DNA of 47,710 nt from Nitrospiraceae bacterium (GCA_037442105.1 JBBIQV010000022.1:1-47710), one strand, 5' to 3'; positions 1 through 10,048 are shown, counted from the stretch's first letter. The notes: generated from the letters alone by a model not told the origin. Made by a program: numbers and translations.

Positions 1-4
1 CTAG

Positions 5-607
5 ATGGGAAACCGTCGGGTCGTACTCGACGAAATCCATCGCCTTCTCAATCCGGCCGAGTTCTTGAAAATCGCGGCGGATCACTATCCGCATGTCAAA
101 GTGTTGGCCACAGGGTCTTCGACTCTGAGCGCCACCACCAAATTCCGCGACACTCTTACCGGACGCAAGGTGGAGCTATGGCTGACTCCGATGATTCTGG
201 AGGATCTGCGCGCCTTTGAGCAACCGAAGTTGGATCATCGGTTTCTCCACGGCGGCCTGCCGCCGTTCTTTCTAGCATCTACGGTTCCAGAACGGGATTT
301 CCAAGAGTGGATGGACGCCTATTGGGCAAAGGACGTTCAAAGCTTGTTCCGCCTGGACCGCCGGGCCTCATTTGAACGGTTTGCCGAGCTGTTGATGACA
401 CGAAGCGGAGGGATGTTCGAGGCGACCGCCTTTTCCCGTCCTTGTGAAGTCAGCCGGCAAACCATTACCAACTATCTCCGTGTACTGGAGGCCACCTACC
501 TTGCTCACATCCTGCGTCCATTTTCCGCTCACCGGGCGACGGAAATCGTATCGGCGCCGAAGGTCTATGCTGACGTGGACCGCCCTTATTTAACGAGACG
601 CAGGTGA
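5..607 (+). pseudogene. AAA+ ATPase (AAA_14 + DUF4143 family), truncated at both ends
   Basis: Has Walker B 'VVLDEIH', 'ATGSS', 'LTGR', 'HGGLP' and 'PKVY' motifs. An in-frame TAG at 2-4 precedes the ATG, so Walker A is absent from this frame. The ORF ends shortly after PKVY instead of continuing with the usual DxG motif and C-terminal domain. Confidence 0.7.
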
Positions 608-680
608 CAATCCTGAGCTTGCCGGCGCTGCTTAAACGCGTGGGGGCCGGCTAACCTAACCACCGCCTCGCGAGAGCCTT

Positions 681-3329
681 CTATTCATACCGCAACCCCT
701 CCACCAGCGACTGCTTCGCCGCCCGGCTGGCCGGCCAATAAGCGGCGCAGAGCGCGGCCAGCAGAGCCAATGCCACCGCCTCGCCAAGGACGCTCACCGG
801 GAACGTGGGCTGAATCGTCCAGCCGAACGATTGCTTGTTAATGACCGTGATCAGCAAGACGGCCAACACCACCCCGCCGGCGACTCCAAGCAGGGCTCCC
901 AACGCCCCGAGATAAACCGCTTCCCACAGCACGAGTTGCTTCACCTGGCCCTCGCTGGCGCCGATGGCCCGCAGCGTCGCGAATTCGCGCCTCCGCTCCA
1001 TGACCGACGTTACCAGGGTGTTGACGATCCCGAGCACCGCGATCACGACCGCGATGACTTCCAGCGCATAGGTCAACGCGAACGTGCGATCGAAAATCTC
1101 CAGAATTTCTTGCCGCAGTTCGCCGTTGCTGATGACGGCCGGCGGCACCTCGGCGAGGCCTGTTCTCGGTAAGGCATGGGCGAGCGTTTTTCGGAGCGAC
1201 TGCACGTCCGCACCAGGCTGCGCATACACGGGAAAGACCGTGACGCCGGCGTCTCCCCACAGTTGCCGGTACAAACCGCGATCCATCACGATTTTTCCTC
1301 CATCCGTCGCGTAGTCGTAGAAGACGCCGAGGACGGCGAATCTCCGTTCCCCCGAAGGCGTGATGATCGTGAGGGCCTCCCCCTCCCGCACTCCCAACCG
1401 GTCGGCCAATACTTCGGACACGGCCACGCCGTCCGATTCCACGACGCGGCGCAACACGGCGGGCGAATCTCCGGAACGAAACAAGTAGCGGCTTCGTTCC
1501 GCGTGCAGGATGAGATTTCGCGAGACGAGCGAGAAGGCATGGCCGTCGATCTCCACGCGCAAGTCGCGATAGGTATCGACGGCCGCCACACCATCAAGGG
1601 AGGCGATCGCCTTCTCCCATTCGGCCGGAAGCGTCCGGCCCAAACTGCCGGATTGTTGGCCTCGGAGCCATGTGCTGGGCGCGACGACGAGATCCGCCAT
1701 GACCGTCTCGCTTACCCAGATTTCCACCGTGTGCCGGAAACTGCGGATCATCACAACCACGCCCACCATAATCGCCAGACCAACCATCAACGCGGACACG
1801 GTGACGGCATTGCGCCCAGGATTACGCGCGGCATGTTCCAGTGCCATGCGCCGCACGACGCGCCCTAGTTTCAGCGAGTCGCCGGTCCCGTTCTTCCCCC
1901 GCAGCCCTTGAAGGCCCTGAATCAACAGCGGAGCGAAACACGAAAGACCCGCTAAGAGGGCCAGCATGGAAAGATATCCGAACACCGGCAGCGTTCCGAT
2001 CGGACGAACGAAGGCCGATGCGCCCGCCGCGACCAATAGCAAGCCTCCCGCCCACGCAAGCGGCTGGGCACGGAGACGCTGGGCACTTTCATAATCTCCC
2101 GGAGCCAGGGCGCGCACGGCGACCGTCCTGCTCGCATCGAGGCTCGGCCCAAGCGCTCCCACCGCCGAGACGACGATGCCAAGTAAAATTCCTCCTCCAG
2201 AATGGTCAACCCAGGAGATTCCGTTCAATCCGGCATCGTGGTCCGCCGTCAAGGGCACATACAGATCGGAAATGGTCCGGTTGAGGAGCGCCACCAACCC
2301 GTGAGCCAAACCGGCCCCAAGCGCGCTGCCACAGAGCCCACCCACCAGTCCCATGACTGCCGCTTCACACAAGAATATCCAACATACCGATCGCTCCGAC
2401 ATCCCCAAGGCGCGGAAAATTCCGATTTCGCGGCGTCGTTGGGCCACGGCAAATGAGACGGTGTTATAGATGAGAAACATCCCTACCAGAAGCCCGACGG
2501 CGCTGAGCATCGTAATGTTCAATTGAAAGGATCGGACCATGTGCTCGACCTGTGCGGTCCGTTGCGAGGGGCGCCGGACCATCACCGAGGCGGGTACCAT
2601 TACCGCCAGCCCTTGCCGGATCTCCTCGATCGAGCGGTCTCGTTCGGTGATCACGGCAATGCGGTCGAGTCGACCGACCATCCCCAGCAGAGTTTGGGCG
2701 GCAGCGATGTCCATCACCGCCAGACGATCCCAAGCAGACGCCACTCCCGTCTTTTCTTCTATAATCCCGGCCACGCGAGCCTGAACAATCCTCATCCCGA
2801 CTTGAAGCGTCAGCGGACTTCCCACCGTCACGCCCAACTCATCGGCGATCCTGCGCCCAAGGAACATCGCATCCGGCGAGAGGTAGCGATCAAACGGCGA
2901 ATCGTCTCCGGGGTCGCTCGCCACGTGCCACGTGCCCTGCTCCGCTTCGTCCAAGAGATCAAATCCCATCACGACTAACGCTTCGCTCTCATGGACGCCG
3001 GCAACCACCCTTACCCCCTGCTCGATCACCGGCCTGGCTGCGACGACACCCGGCGCACCCCGCACCATCGTGATGATCGATTCATCCAGTCCCAACTCTC
3101 CTCCGACCACTTCCAGGGTGGCAGGTCCGGCCACGGTCAACACCGCGTCTTCAAACCCCCTCAGCACCTCCACGTTCGCCGTCCGCACCGCCACAGACGC
3201 GGAGACCCCCAAGGCAACGCCGGTGATCGTCAAGACTGTTCGGAGCGGCCGTTGAAAGAAATGTGCGCGGGTGATCAACCAGAGCAGACTCAATGGCGCG
3301 AGAGCGAAACGGCGGAGATGTTTCAGCAT
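681..3329 (-). CDS. ABC transporter permease, FtsX/MacB-like (duplicated MacB_PCD + FtsX)
   Basis: Two repeats of periplasmic domain plus TM block, with 'QRRREIGIFRALG' and 'ERRREFATLRAIGAS' motifs. Start could be 3329 (ATG) or 3347. Confidence 0.9.
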   Translation of the reverse strand: MLKHLRRFALAPLSLLWLITRAHFFQRPLRTVLTITGVALGVSASVAVRTANVEVLRGFEDAVLTVAGPATLEVVGGELGLDESIITMVRGAPGVVAARPVIEQGVRVVAGVHESEALVVMGFDLLDEAEQGTWHVASDPGDDSPFDRYLSPDAMFLGRRIADELGVTVGSPLTLQVGMRIVQARVAGIIEEKTGVASAWDRLAVMDIAAAQTLLGMVGRLDRIAVITERDRSIEEIRQGLAVMVPASVMVRRPSQRTAQVEHMVRSFQLNITMLSAVGLLVGMFLIYNTVSFAVAQRRREIGIFRALGMSERSVCWIFLCEAAVMGLVGGLCGSALGAGLAHGLVALLNRTISDLYVPLTADHDAGLNGISWVDHSGGGILLGIVVSAVGALGPSLDASRTVAVRALAPGDYESAQRLRAQPLAWAGGLLLVAAGASAFVRPIGTLPVFGYLSMLALLAGLSCFAPLLIQGLQGLRGKNGTGDSLKLGRVVRRMALEHAARNPGRNAVTVSALMVGLAIMVGVVVMIRSFRHTVEIWVSETVMADLVVAPSTWLRGQQSGSLGRTLPAEWEKAIASLDGVAAVDTYRDLRVEIDGHAFSLVSRNLILHAERSRYLFRSGDSPAVLRRVVESDGVAVSEVLADRLGVREGEALTIITPSGERRFAVLGVFYDYATDGGKIVMDRGLYRQLWGDAGVTVFPVYAQPGADVQSLRKTLAHALPRTGLAEVPPAVISNGELRQEILEIFDRTFALTYALEVIAVVIAVLGIVNTLVTSVMERRREFATLRAIGASEGQVKQLVLWEAVYLGALGALLGVAGGVVLAVLLITVINKQSFGWTIQPTFPVSVLGEAVALALLAALCAAYWPASRAAKQSLVEGLRYE

Positions 3330-3354
3330 GCAGTAGAAGCGGCTCAAATGCGGG

Positions 3355-4281
3355 CTAGAGTTCCCGCAGCTTTCCTCGACAGTCCGCCGGCGAATCGTAG
3401 CCCTTCCTCATCAACTGCGCGGCAAGTTCCCGCTCCAGTCGCTCGAAGGCTCCCAATCCTTCCTCGACCAGCACGGTCCCCACCTGAATCGCCGACGCAC
3501 CGCACAGAAGATGCTCGAAGGCATCCACGCCCGTGACGACCCCGCCGGTCCCGATGATGGGCAGCCGTCCCTGGAAGAGCCGCCAGAACGCCCGCACGTT
3601 GGCAAGGGCGATCGGTTTGATAAGACTTCCACCGAGCCCGCCGAACCCTCCCTTGGGTTTGAGCACCACCGTCTCCCGTTCCGAATCGACGACAAGCCCG
3701 TTGCCGACGGAGTTGATGAGATTCAAAAAATCGACCCCCGTTCGTTCGATCACTCCGGCCATGACCTCGTGGTGGGCCGGATCAAAATACGGGGGCAGCT
3801 TCACGCCCATCGGCAGCGTGATGACCCGGCGCACCCGCTTCAGCAACCGTTCGGAGGCTTCCGGATCATAGCCGACTTGCGGTTTGCCGGGGATATTCGG
3901 GCAGGACAGATTCACCTCAATCAGGTCAGGGCCGCTTTTGTTGATCACATCCGCAATCGTGATGAAGTCGTCTTCGCAGAGACCGGCCACGCTGGCGATG
4001 ACCGGTTTCCCGAATCGGCGAAGGTGGGGAATCAGCTCGGCGTAGGCCCGATAGCCGAGATTGGGCAACCCCATTGAGTTGATCGATCCGCCGGAAAATC
4101 CAAAGTAGCGCGGTTCCGGATTTCCCTGCCGGGGTTCGACGGTCATGGACTTCGTCACGATCGCGCCGGTCTGCGATCGCCCCAACGCCTCCAACTCCTG
4201 CTGCGTAACGCAGAGCGCGCCGGCGGCATTCATGAAGCAACTGGAGAACCGGACGCCTGCAATGGTAGTGGAGAGGTCCAT
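3355..4281 (-). CDS. pyrD: Dihydroorotate dehydrogenase, class 1A-like
   Basis: 'KSMT', 'NSMGLPNLG', 'NLSCPN' (catalytic Cys), 'KLPPY', 'GGLGG' and 'GTGGV' motifs; 308 aa; no membrane anchor. Confidence 0.92.
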   Translation of the reverse strand: MDLSTTIAGVRFSSCFMNAAGALCVTQQELEALGRSQTGAIVTKSMTVEPRQGNPEPRYFGFSGGSINSMGLPNLGYRAYAELIPHLRRFGKPVIASVAGLCEDDFITIADVINKSGPDLIEVNLSCPNIPGKPQVGYDPEASERLLKRVRRVITLPMGVKLPPYFDPAHHEVMAGVIERTGVDFLNLINSVGNGLVVDSERETVVLKPKGGFGGLGGSLIKPIALANVRAFWRLFQGRLPIIGTGGVVTGVDAFEHLLCGASAIQVGTVLVEEGLGAFERLERELAAQLMRKGYDSPADCRGKLREL

Positions 4282-4284
4282 ACA

Positions 4285-4980
4285 CTATCCGGCGAGGCAG
4301 GGCGAGGTGATCGACCGGGTCGTCAGCCGGCCGTCCTGCATCGCCCACACGTAATCAGCCTGCTGAGCCGCCGCGCTGCTGTGCGTCACCAGCAGAACCG
4401 TGTGGCCGAACTGTCGCGGTAACGCGCGTAGCAGGGACACAATCTCGGCGCCTTGCTTGGAATCCAGATTGCCCGTCGGCTCATCCGCCAAGAGGAGTCG
4501 CGGCCGATGCACCAAGGCGCGCGCGATCGCCACCCGTTGCTGCTCACCTCCGGAGAGTTCACCGGGCCTGTGGCTCGCTCTCGGGCGCATCCCCACCGTG
4601 TCCAGCGCCTCCTCAACTCGTTTCCGGACCACGCTCCCGTATTCTCCCTTGAGCAGCAGCGGCAACCCCACGTTCTCCGCAGCCGTCAATCCCGGGATCA
4701 AATGAAAAGCTTGGAAGACCATCCCGATCACATGTCGCCGCAGCGCCGTCCATTCAGCCGACCCGAACCGGCTTGTCGCCTGACCATCGATGGTGATTTC
4801 TCCTGCCGTCGGACGATCGAGGCCTCCAACCAGATTGAGCAACGTGCTTTTTCCGCAGCCGCTCGGCCCGACCAGGGCGCAAAACTCCCCGCGGTTAATC
4901 TCGAGACTGACATCGGCAACGGCGAGAATGAGGGTCTCCTCGCCGACATACTCCTTGGAGACGTGCGTCAGGACCACCAT
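4285..4980 (-). CDS. ABC transporter ATP-binding protein, LolD/MacB-like
   Basis: Walker A GPSGCGKS, signature LSGGEQQR, '[10 protein letters not shown]' and H-loop VTH. ATG at 4980 preferred over 5067. Confidence 0.92.
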   Translation of the reverse strand: MVVLTHVSKEYVGEETLILAVADVSLEINRGEFCALVGPSGCGKSTLLNLVGGLDRPTAGEITIDGQATSRFGSAEWTALRRHVIGMVFQAFHLIPGLTAAENVGLPLLLKGEYGSVVRKRVEEALDTVGMRPRASHRPGELSGGEQQRVAIARALVHRPRLLLADEPTGNLDSKQGAEIVSLLRALPRQFGHTVLLVTHSSAAAQQADYVWAMQDGRLTTRSITSPCLAG

Positions 4981-5087
4981 GAAGACCTTGTTCCCTGCCC
5001 ATAAGACGAAGGAACGTACCCCGCAGCGCGCTCGGCGTGCCATGACCGGCGCCCTCGTATAGCACATCCGTTCAGGCAGTCACAACC

Positions 5088-5116
5088 TTGACAGTTCAGC
5101 AGGATTTCCATAGAAG
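5088..5116 (+). promoter_or_regulatory. Putative sigma70 promoter for comF-fmdB
   Basis: TTGACA (5088-5093), 17-nt spacer, TAGAAG (5111-5116). The -10 match is weak. Confidence 0.35.
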
Positions 5117-5147
5117 AATACGGGTGGAAACAGCCTCGTCACAGACC

Positions 5148-5981
5148 ATGATCGCTCCGTTGGCCGACCGGCAACGGCCGTCCCTTTTTTCCGTTGCGCG
5201 ACGCAGGGCCTGGCGATTCATCCTGCCGGAAGATTGTACGACCTGTGGCAAACCTTTGGCCGACGATCCGGTCCCCTTCTTTTGCCGTCGATGCTGGGGG
5301 CAGATTGTGCCGCTGGAGGAACCGTCTTGCCCCCGCTGCCACGTTCCGTTCGCGTCGAAATACGCCACAAGTCATAGCCCTTCCCACCTATGCGGGGGCT
5401 GCCGGCGCCGGCCCCCGGTGTTCACGGAAGCCTGGTCATTGTATCCCTACATTCCTCCGCTCCAGGAAGCCATCTGCCTCTTCAAGTACAAGGGCAAGCT
5501 CGGATTGATCGATTGGTTGAGCGATCTCATGGTCGCCCGGCTCCCCCGGTCCATCGAGGCCGACCTGATCGTGCCTGTCCCGCTCCATCCGACTCGTCTG
5601 CGAGAGCGGGAATTCAATCAATCCCTCTTCCTGGCCGACCGCCTCAGCCGGCACCTCCGCATTCCGCTGTCGTATGACAACCTTGTACGTGCTGCTCCTA
5701 CGGATGCGCAGACCACGCTCTCTCGGCAAGCGCGTCTCAAAAACCTGCGCAAGGCCTTCGTCGTCACCGGTCCGGCGGAGGTCCAAGAGAAACGGATTCT
5801 GCTCATCGACGACGTCTATACGACCGGCACGACGGTCAACGAATGCGCCAAGGTCCTCCGAAAAGCCGGGTCCGGCCCTATCTATGTGGTCACCCTCGCG
5901 CGTACGCTCGATGCCAACCTCATAAAGGACAGCCGGTTCGACTCCCGCACGGCAGACGAGCCGGCTGGTGTAAGGACATAA
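5148..5981 (+). CDS. comF: ComF family protein (double zinc ribbon + phosphoribosyltransferase fold)
   Basis: Four CxxC pairs (CTTC, CRRC, CPRC, CGGC), 'VPVPLHPTRLREREFNQS' and PRPP loop 'LIDDVYTTGTT'. Confidence 0.88.
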   Translation: MIAPLADRQRPSLFSVARRRAWRFILPEDCTTCGKPLADDPVPFFCRRCWGQIVPLEEPSCPRCHVPFASKYATSHSPSHLCGGCRRRPPVFTEAWSLYPYIPPLQEAICLFKYKGKLGLIDWLSDLMVARLPRSIEADLIVPVPLHPTRLREREFNQSLFLADRLSRHLRIPLSYDNLVRAAPTDAQTTLSRQARLKNLRKAFVVTGPAEVQEKRILLIDDVYTTGTTVNECAKVLRKAGSGPIYVVTLARTLDANLIKDSRFDSRTADEPAGVRT

Positions 5982-5984
5982 CCC

Positions 5985-6329
5985 ATGCCGATCTATGAAT
6001 ACCGTTGTCTCTCGTGTGGAAAACGCAGCAGCATCCTGGTGCTGAACATCAGCGCTCCGCACGCCGTCTCCTGCAGGCACTGCGCAAGTGACAAGCTGGA
6101 GCGGATCATGTCGAGATTTGCCGCGCCGAAGTCCGAAGACGCTCGGCTCGAATCCCTCGCCGACCCGAGCAACTTCGGCGACCTGGATGAAAACGATCCC
6201 CAGAGCATGGCTCGCTTCATGAAGAAAATGGGACGGGAGATGGGAGAAGACTTCGGCGACGATGTCCAAGCGGCGCTCGAAGAAGAGGGAAACGGCCTGC
6301 CCGAATCGAGCGACATCGACGTTGAATAA
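5985..6329 (+). CDS. FmdB-family zinc-ribbon protein
   Basis: 'MPIYEYRCLSCG...CRHCAS..LERIMSRF' followed by an acidic tail. Confidence 0.88.
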   Translation: MPIYEYRCLSCGKRSSILVLNISAPHAVSCRHCASDKLERIMSRFAAPKSEDARLESLADPSNFGDLDENDPQSMARFMKKMGREMGEDFGDDVQAALEEEGNGLPESSDIDVE

Positions 6330-6331
6330 CA

Positions 6332-6381
6332 GGCATTGTCATTACATAATCCTTGACATTGCCGCGCAGCTCTCCTACCAT
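6332..6381 (+). promoter_or_regulatory. sigma70 promoter with overlapping inverted repeat (candidate operator)
   Basis: TTGACA (6353-6358), 17 nt, TACCAT (6376-6381). Inverted repeat GGCATTGTCA-N12-TGACATTGCC (6332-6363, 9/10 match) covers the -35 box. Confidence 0.65.
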
Positions 6382-6449
6382 GCGACCTGAGTTGCCTTCC
6401 CGCGCCACGCCGATGTCGATGGACTCGCAGCGGATCCCTGTGAAACCGC

Positions 6450-6644
6450 ATGGCGAAGAACGTAACCAACAAATTGCTCACGACGGCCGAGGCGTGTCGC
6501 TACCTCAAGATCACGCCGCGCACGCTCTATCGGTATATCCGATCCCATCGCGTGCCTGGCTTCAAGCTGGGCAAAGAATGGCGATTCGTCCGTTCCGATC
6601 TGGAAGCATGGCTCAGGCAACATCCGAGAAGATCCCGGCGCTGA
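6450..6644 (+). CDS. Excisionase-like helix-turn-helix DNA-binding protein (HTH_17)
   Basis: 'LLTTAEACRYLKITPRTLYRYIRSHRVPGFKLGKEWRFVRSDLEAWL' is a typical Xis/MerR-like HTH. Confidence 0.88.
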   Translation: MAKNVTNKLLTTAEACRYLKITPRTLYRYIRSHRVPGFKLGKEWRFVRSDLEAWLRQHPRRSRR

Positions 6645-6663
6645 CCCGTTGAGGAGCAACCCT

Positions 6664-7104
6664 ATGTTCGCTGGTGAATACCTGTGCAAGCTCGATGAGA
6701 AAGGACGCTTCATCGTCCCCTCACCGATCAGGGAACAGATCGAGGACAGCGGCAACACGGTTATGTTTCTGAAGGGATCCGAGCAATCGCTCTGGATCTA
6801 CTCCATGAAGGAATGGGCGCAGGTACTCGAGCGGACGCGCACGACCCTCGATGAGGATCAAAGCCGCTTGTTCATGCACTTTGTGGTCTCTGAGGCCGGC
6901 CCATCGGAGATCGACAAAGCGGGCCGCATCTTGATTCCAGGGCGACTTCGCAAGCTGGTGCCCCTCGATGAAGATCAGGAAATCATCCTCGTCGGCCTCT
7001 ATCATCGCATGGAAGTCTGGCACCCGGCCGAATGGCGCCGCTACCTGGCCAAAACAGAAGACCGGCATGAGCAGAACATGGCCAAGATCATGAATCTGCT
7101 CTAG
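6664..7104 (+). CDS. mraZ: MraZ-like transcriptional regulator (tandem AbrB/SpoVT-type domains)
   Basis: 'MFAGEYLCKLDEKGRFIVP' and 'IDKAGRILIP' (two DxxGR motifs), 'ILVGLYHRMEVW'; RBS GAGGAG at 6651. Not in a dcw context. Confidence 0.8.
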   Translation: MFAGEYLCKLDEKGRFIVPSPIREQIEDSGNTVMFLKGSEQSLWIYSMKEWAQVLERTRTTLDEDQSRLFMHFVVSEAGPSEIDKAGRILIPGRLRKLVPLDEDQEIILVGLYHRMEVWHPAEWRRYLAKTEDRHEQNMAKIMNLL

Positions 7105-7120
7105 CAACCTGCTAGCCCCC

Positions 7121-7717
7121 GTGCCATCCTCACCACGGCCACGCCGCTTATTGAGTTCCCGTCTGCCGGTCAGAGTGACGTCCTATCGGTTGCCGCACCC
7201 ATCGCCATTCATTTCCACCGGCCGTCCTCGAGCAACTCCACCGGCCGCCATTCCTGCGCCGACTTCTCGCCGGTCCGCGGTACGATCCGGCAGCAGCTTT
7301 CCCTTTCGGTCCGGCCATGCAACGGTCGCGGCAGACCGCTTGTCGTTAACCCTGCCCGTCCCCCCCAGCATCAACCATCAATATGCGACGGTGAACGGGC
7401 GACGCTTACTGTCGGCGGTCGGCCGAGCCTACAAAGTACTCGTCGGCCAACAGGTCTCGCTCGCTCTCGCCGGCGCGCCTCAACGCAACCTGCTGTTGAA
7501 GACCGTACGCGGCGAAGAGTTGGCGCTCACGATCCGATTCTACTTCACGAGCAAGCTCCGCCGGGATGTCGATGGCGGGCTCAAGATCGCCCAGGACGCA
7601 CTGTGCGAAGCGCTCGGCATCAACGACAACCGCATCATCGAGACGCATTTGTACAAGGACCTGGATAAGCACTCCCCCCGCATCGAAATCTCTCTGATGA
7701 AGGCTAACCCGGGTTAA
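7121..7717 (+). CDS. rusA: RusA-family Holliday junction resolvase
   Basis: 'LPVPPSINHQY' and 'RRDVDGGLKIAQDAL...INDNRI' (D-x-D...K...D...D catalytic pattern). The N-terminal low-complexity part makes the start uncertain. Confidence 0.82.
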   Translation: MPSSPRPRRLLSSRLPVRVTSYRLPHPSPFISTGRPRATPPAAIPAPTSRRSAVRSGSSFPFRSGHATVAADRLSLTLPVPPSINHQYATVNGRRLLSAVGRAYKVLVGQQVSLALAGAPQRNLLLKTVRGEELALTIRFYFTSKLRRDVDGGLKIAQDALCEALGINDNRIIETHLYKDLDKHSPRIEISLMKANPG

Positions 7718-7833
7718 CTCTTCAGATTGCCGGTGAGAATCTTTCGCTCCGCTTCAAGCCAGTCTTCCACATCATGACCGTCTTGCTGGCCTCGTTGCTC
7801 ATACAGCGCATACGCCAATACAGCACTCTCCAT
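7714..7833 (-). CDS. DUF2934-domain small protein (possibly a remnant)
   Basis: 'LAYALYEQRGQQDGHDVEDWLEAERKI' matches the DUF2934 pattern. Its ATG overlaps the upstream TGA; 39 aa. Confidence 0.65.
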   Translation of the reverse strand: MESAVLAYALYEQRGQQDGHDVEDWLEAERKILTGNLKS

Positions 7834-8810
7834 CACGCACCCTGAACAGCCACAAGAGGAATCGGCACAAACTGACGATTGAGGCAGGTTAAGGGAAACG
7901 CCGGCTGACGTCCAATCCTCCGCAGCGTATTGGTGATCCGCTCGGGCTTGCCCCAATCACTCCAGAGCACTCCTCTCAACTCTATGACGGCAAAGCGATT
8001 GGGTATTCGCTGCAGGAGACCGGATGAGGAGTTGAAGACCGGCATCTGCTCAGAAATGGCGGCGAGTCCTTTTGACTCTTGAGACGTCCCTATCACGTGT
8101 GACCACCGCTCGAAGAGCGGCATCATCTCCGGGAACATTTCCCAACCGAGTTCCCACAGTGTCCCAACCTTCGCCGTCATGACCAAGGTATTCCACAACG
8201 CCCCCGCAGCCAGTGCGGCATCGGCTTCGGAGGCCGACGGTTTCTCCAAAAAGGCGGAGACAGCCTGGACTTCCCGTCCGGAGAAGGTACTCAGATGTTC
8301 GCCGGGCAGAATCCAGCCGTACTCCTGTTCGAGCCCGTCCGGCGTGACGCCCAGAAGGGCCACCCGATCCGGAAGCCATTCAACGGTCCAGACTGCGCGT
8401 TCCACCCAGGCGAGGAATCGATCCTCGGGAAACACAAAATGGTCCGAAGGGAAAATGGTGACGGTCGCCTCGGGATCATGCGCTCTGATATAGGTCAGAG
8501 GCAAAAAGATCCCCGCCGCAGTATCGCAGTGCTTTGGTTGCAGCAACACGGTGCCGACCGCTCTTCCTTCAAGCTGAGCCCAGACTTCTCGCCGATCCGG
8601 GCCGGCAATGACGGTCACGACATGATTCGGTCCGGTCAGCTTGGTCGCCCGATCCAGGGCATGTTGGAACATCGACCTGGTTCCGACGAACGCACAGTAT
8701 TGCTTCGGCTTGTGACGACCCAGCCATCGCTGAATGAATGGCCGGACACGCTCTCCCTCGCCGCCGGCCAAGACGATCGACCAGTGCCTGCTCCGAGCAC
8801 AGTTCTCCAT
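7833..8810 (-). CDS. Sugar-phosphate nucleotidyltransferase (mannose-1-phosphate guanylyltransferase-like)
   Basis: 'IVLAGGEGER..P......PKQY', 'QPKHCDTAAG', 'FPSDHF', 'EYGWI', 'FLEKP' and 'WSDWG' motifs; strong RBS before ATG 8810. Confidence 0.85.
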   Translation of the reverse strand: MENCARSRHWSIVLAGGEGERVRPFIQRWLGRHKPKQYCAFVGTRSMFQHALDRATKLTGPNHVVTVIAGPDRREVWAQLEGRAVGTVLLQPKHCDTAAGIFLPLTYIRAHDPEATVTIFPSDHFVFPEDRFLAWVERAVWTVEWLPDRVALLGVTPDGLEQEYGWILPGEHLSTFSGREVQAVSAFLEKPSASEADAALAAGALWNTLVMTAKVGTLWELGWEMFPEMMPLFERWSHVIGTSQESKGLAAISEQMPVFNSSSGLLQRIPNRFAVIELRGVLWSDWGKPERITNTLRRIGRQPAFPLTCLNRQFVPIPLVAVQGA

Positions 8811-8860
8811 TTCCTCCCTCCCTTCCACCGCCGGATAACGACCGGCTTTCCTCACGGACA

Positions 8861-9088
8861 TCACATGGACAATTTCGGTGAATCGGCCGCCCTTTTGGCT
8901 GCAAAAAGATTCTCATAATTCTTCATGCAGTCCGCACAACAGGTATGTGTAAACCACATCTCCCCGGACAGGAGATGGTACTTGGCACGGTAGGCCCTGA
9001 GAGACATCCATGGCCCCTGTCCGACCTCTGTTCCGTTGTCATCTCGAACTTTCTCGCAAAAACAGCAGACCGGGACGAGTACATACAT
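8861..9088 (-). CDS. Small Cys-rich hypothetical protein (CxxC...W...THxxCxxC, probable Zn binder)
   Basis: 'VCCFCEKVRDD...W...FTHTCCADC' with RBS GAGGAGGGAG. Resembles the Cys-motif C-terminal domains found on signalling proteins. Confidence 0.6.
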   Translation of the reverse strand: MYVLVPVCCFCEKVRDDNGTEVGQGPWMSLRAYRAKYHLLSGEMWFTHTCCADCMKNYENLFAAKRAADSPKLSM

Positions 9089-9415
9089 GACTCCCTCCTC
9101 ACGGATTTCAGTGACGTTCCCTCATCGAAGACGGTTTACCGCCCGGACCCTCTACCTCCTGCCCGATCGCGCAGTTCAACGGGATACGTCAACCCTTGGC
9201 AGCGACGACAACTCACACGCATCTCACCAGTCCTGAGACAGGGAAGCAGGATATGGTCGATATGTATAGCGAAGAACCGTCCGAGAAACTATCGGAAGGC
9301 GTCCGATTTTGGTGTCGAAGATGAGAGAAAAGGCGGGTCGTTGTCCGTACTACAAGAACGGAAACATTCGCTCTACGTCAAGGTGCATCTCCCCCACACC
9401 ATTCAGAAATGGAGG

Positions 9416-10048
9416 TCAGGAGACTAATCCGTGTCGAATCGCATAGCGGGTGATTTCAGCGTTGTTCTTGAGGTTCATTTTTTCAAGAATACGAGCCCGG
9501 TACGTGCTGATCGTGGTGACGCTGAGGTGCAAGGTTTCACTGAGCTCCGACACGGTTTTCCCTGAGGCGATCCCGCACAAGACTTGATACTCCCGATCCG
9601 ACAACCGCTCATGCGGCTCCTGCTCGGCGCCGAGTTTCACCGAAGCGGCCAACTTCTCACCCAGAGCCGGACTCACGTAATGTCCACCGATGAGCACCTT
9701 TTTAATCGCGCGGACCAATTCATCCGGTGCGCCGGCTTTGGTTAAATAGCCGTTGGCCCCCGCTTTGAACATCCGGACCGCATACTGGTCTTCCGAATGC
9801 ATGCTGAGGACAAGAACCGGCAGTTTGGGATATTCCCCTTTTAACTGCTTGAGCACTTCCGGTCCGCTTGCCCCCGGCATACTGATATCCATCACGACGA
9901 CATCCCAGGTCTTGTTCCGGACCAGTTCGAACATCTCGTGCGCATTCCCGCACTCGCCCACTCTCACCGAACCGAATCCCTCAACCAGCATATCTCTGAC
10001 GCCTCGGCGAAAGACGGGATGATCATCGACCACAAGAATTCTCAGCAT
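9416..10048 (-). CDS. NarL/FixJ-family response regulator (REC + LuxR HTH)
   Basis: 'VVDDHP', 'MDISMP' and 'LSDREYQVL...GKTVSE...LSVTTISTYRARILEKM'. Confidence 0.93.
   Translation of the reverse strand: MLRILVVDDHPVFRRGVRDMLVEGFGSVRVGECGNAHEMFELVRNKTWDVVVMDISMPGASGPEVLKQLKGEYPKLPVLVLSMHSEDQYAVRMFKAGANGYLTKAGAPDELVRAIKKVLIGGHYVSPALGEKLAASVKLGAEQEPHERLSDREYQVLCGIASGKTVSELSETLHLSVTTISTYRARILEKMNLKNNAEITRYAIRHGLVS

Noticed and set aside
6450..7717. Prophage or integrative element (Xis-like + RusA)
   Set aside because: No integrase, att-like repeats, tRNA or phage structural genes were found in the window.
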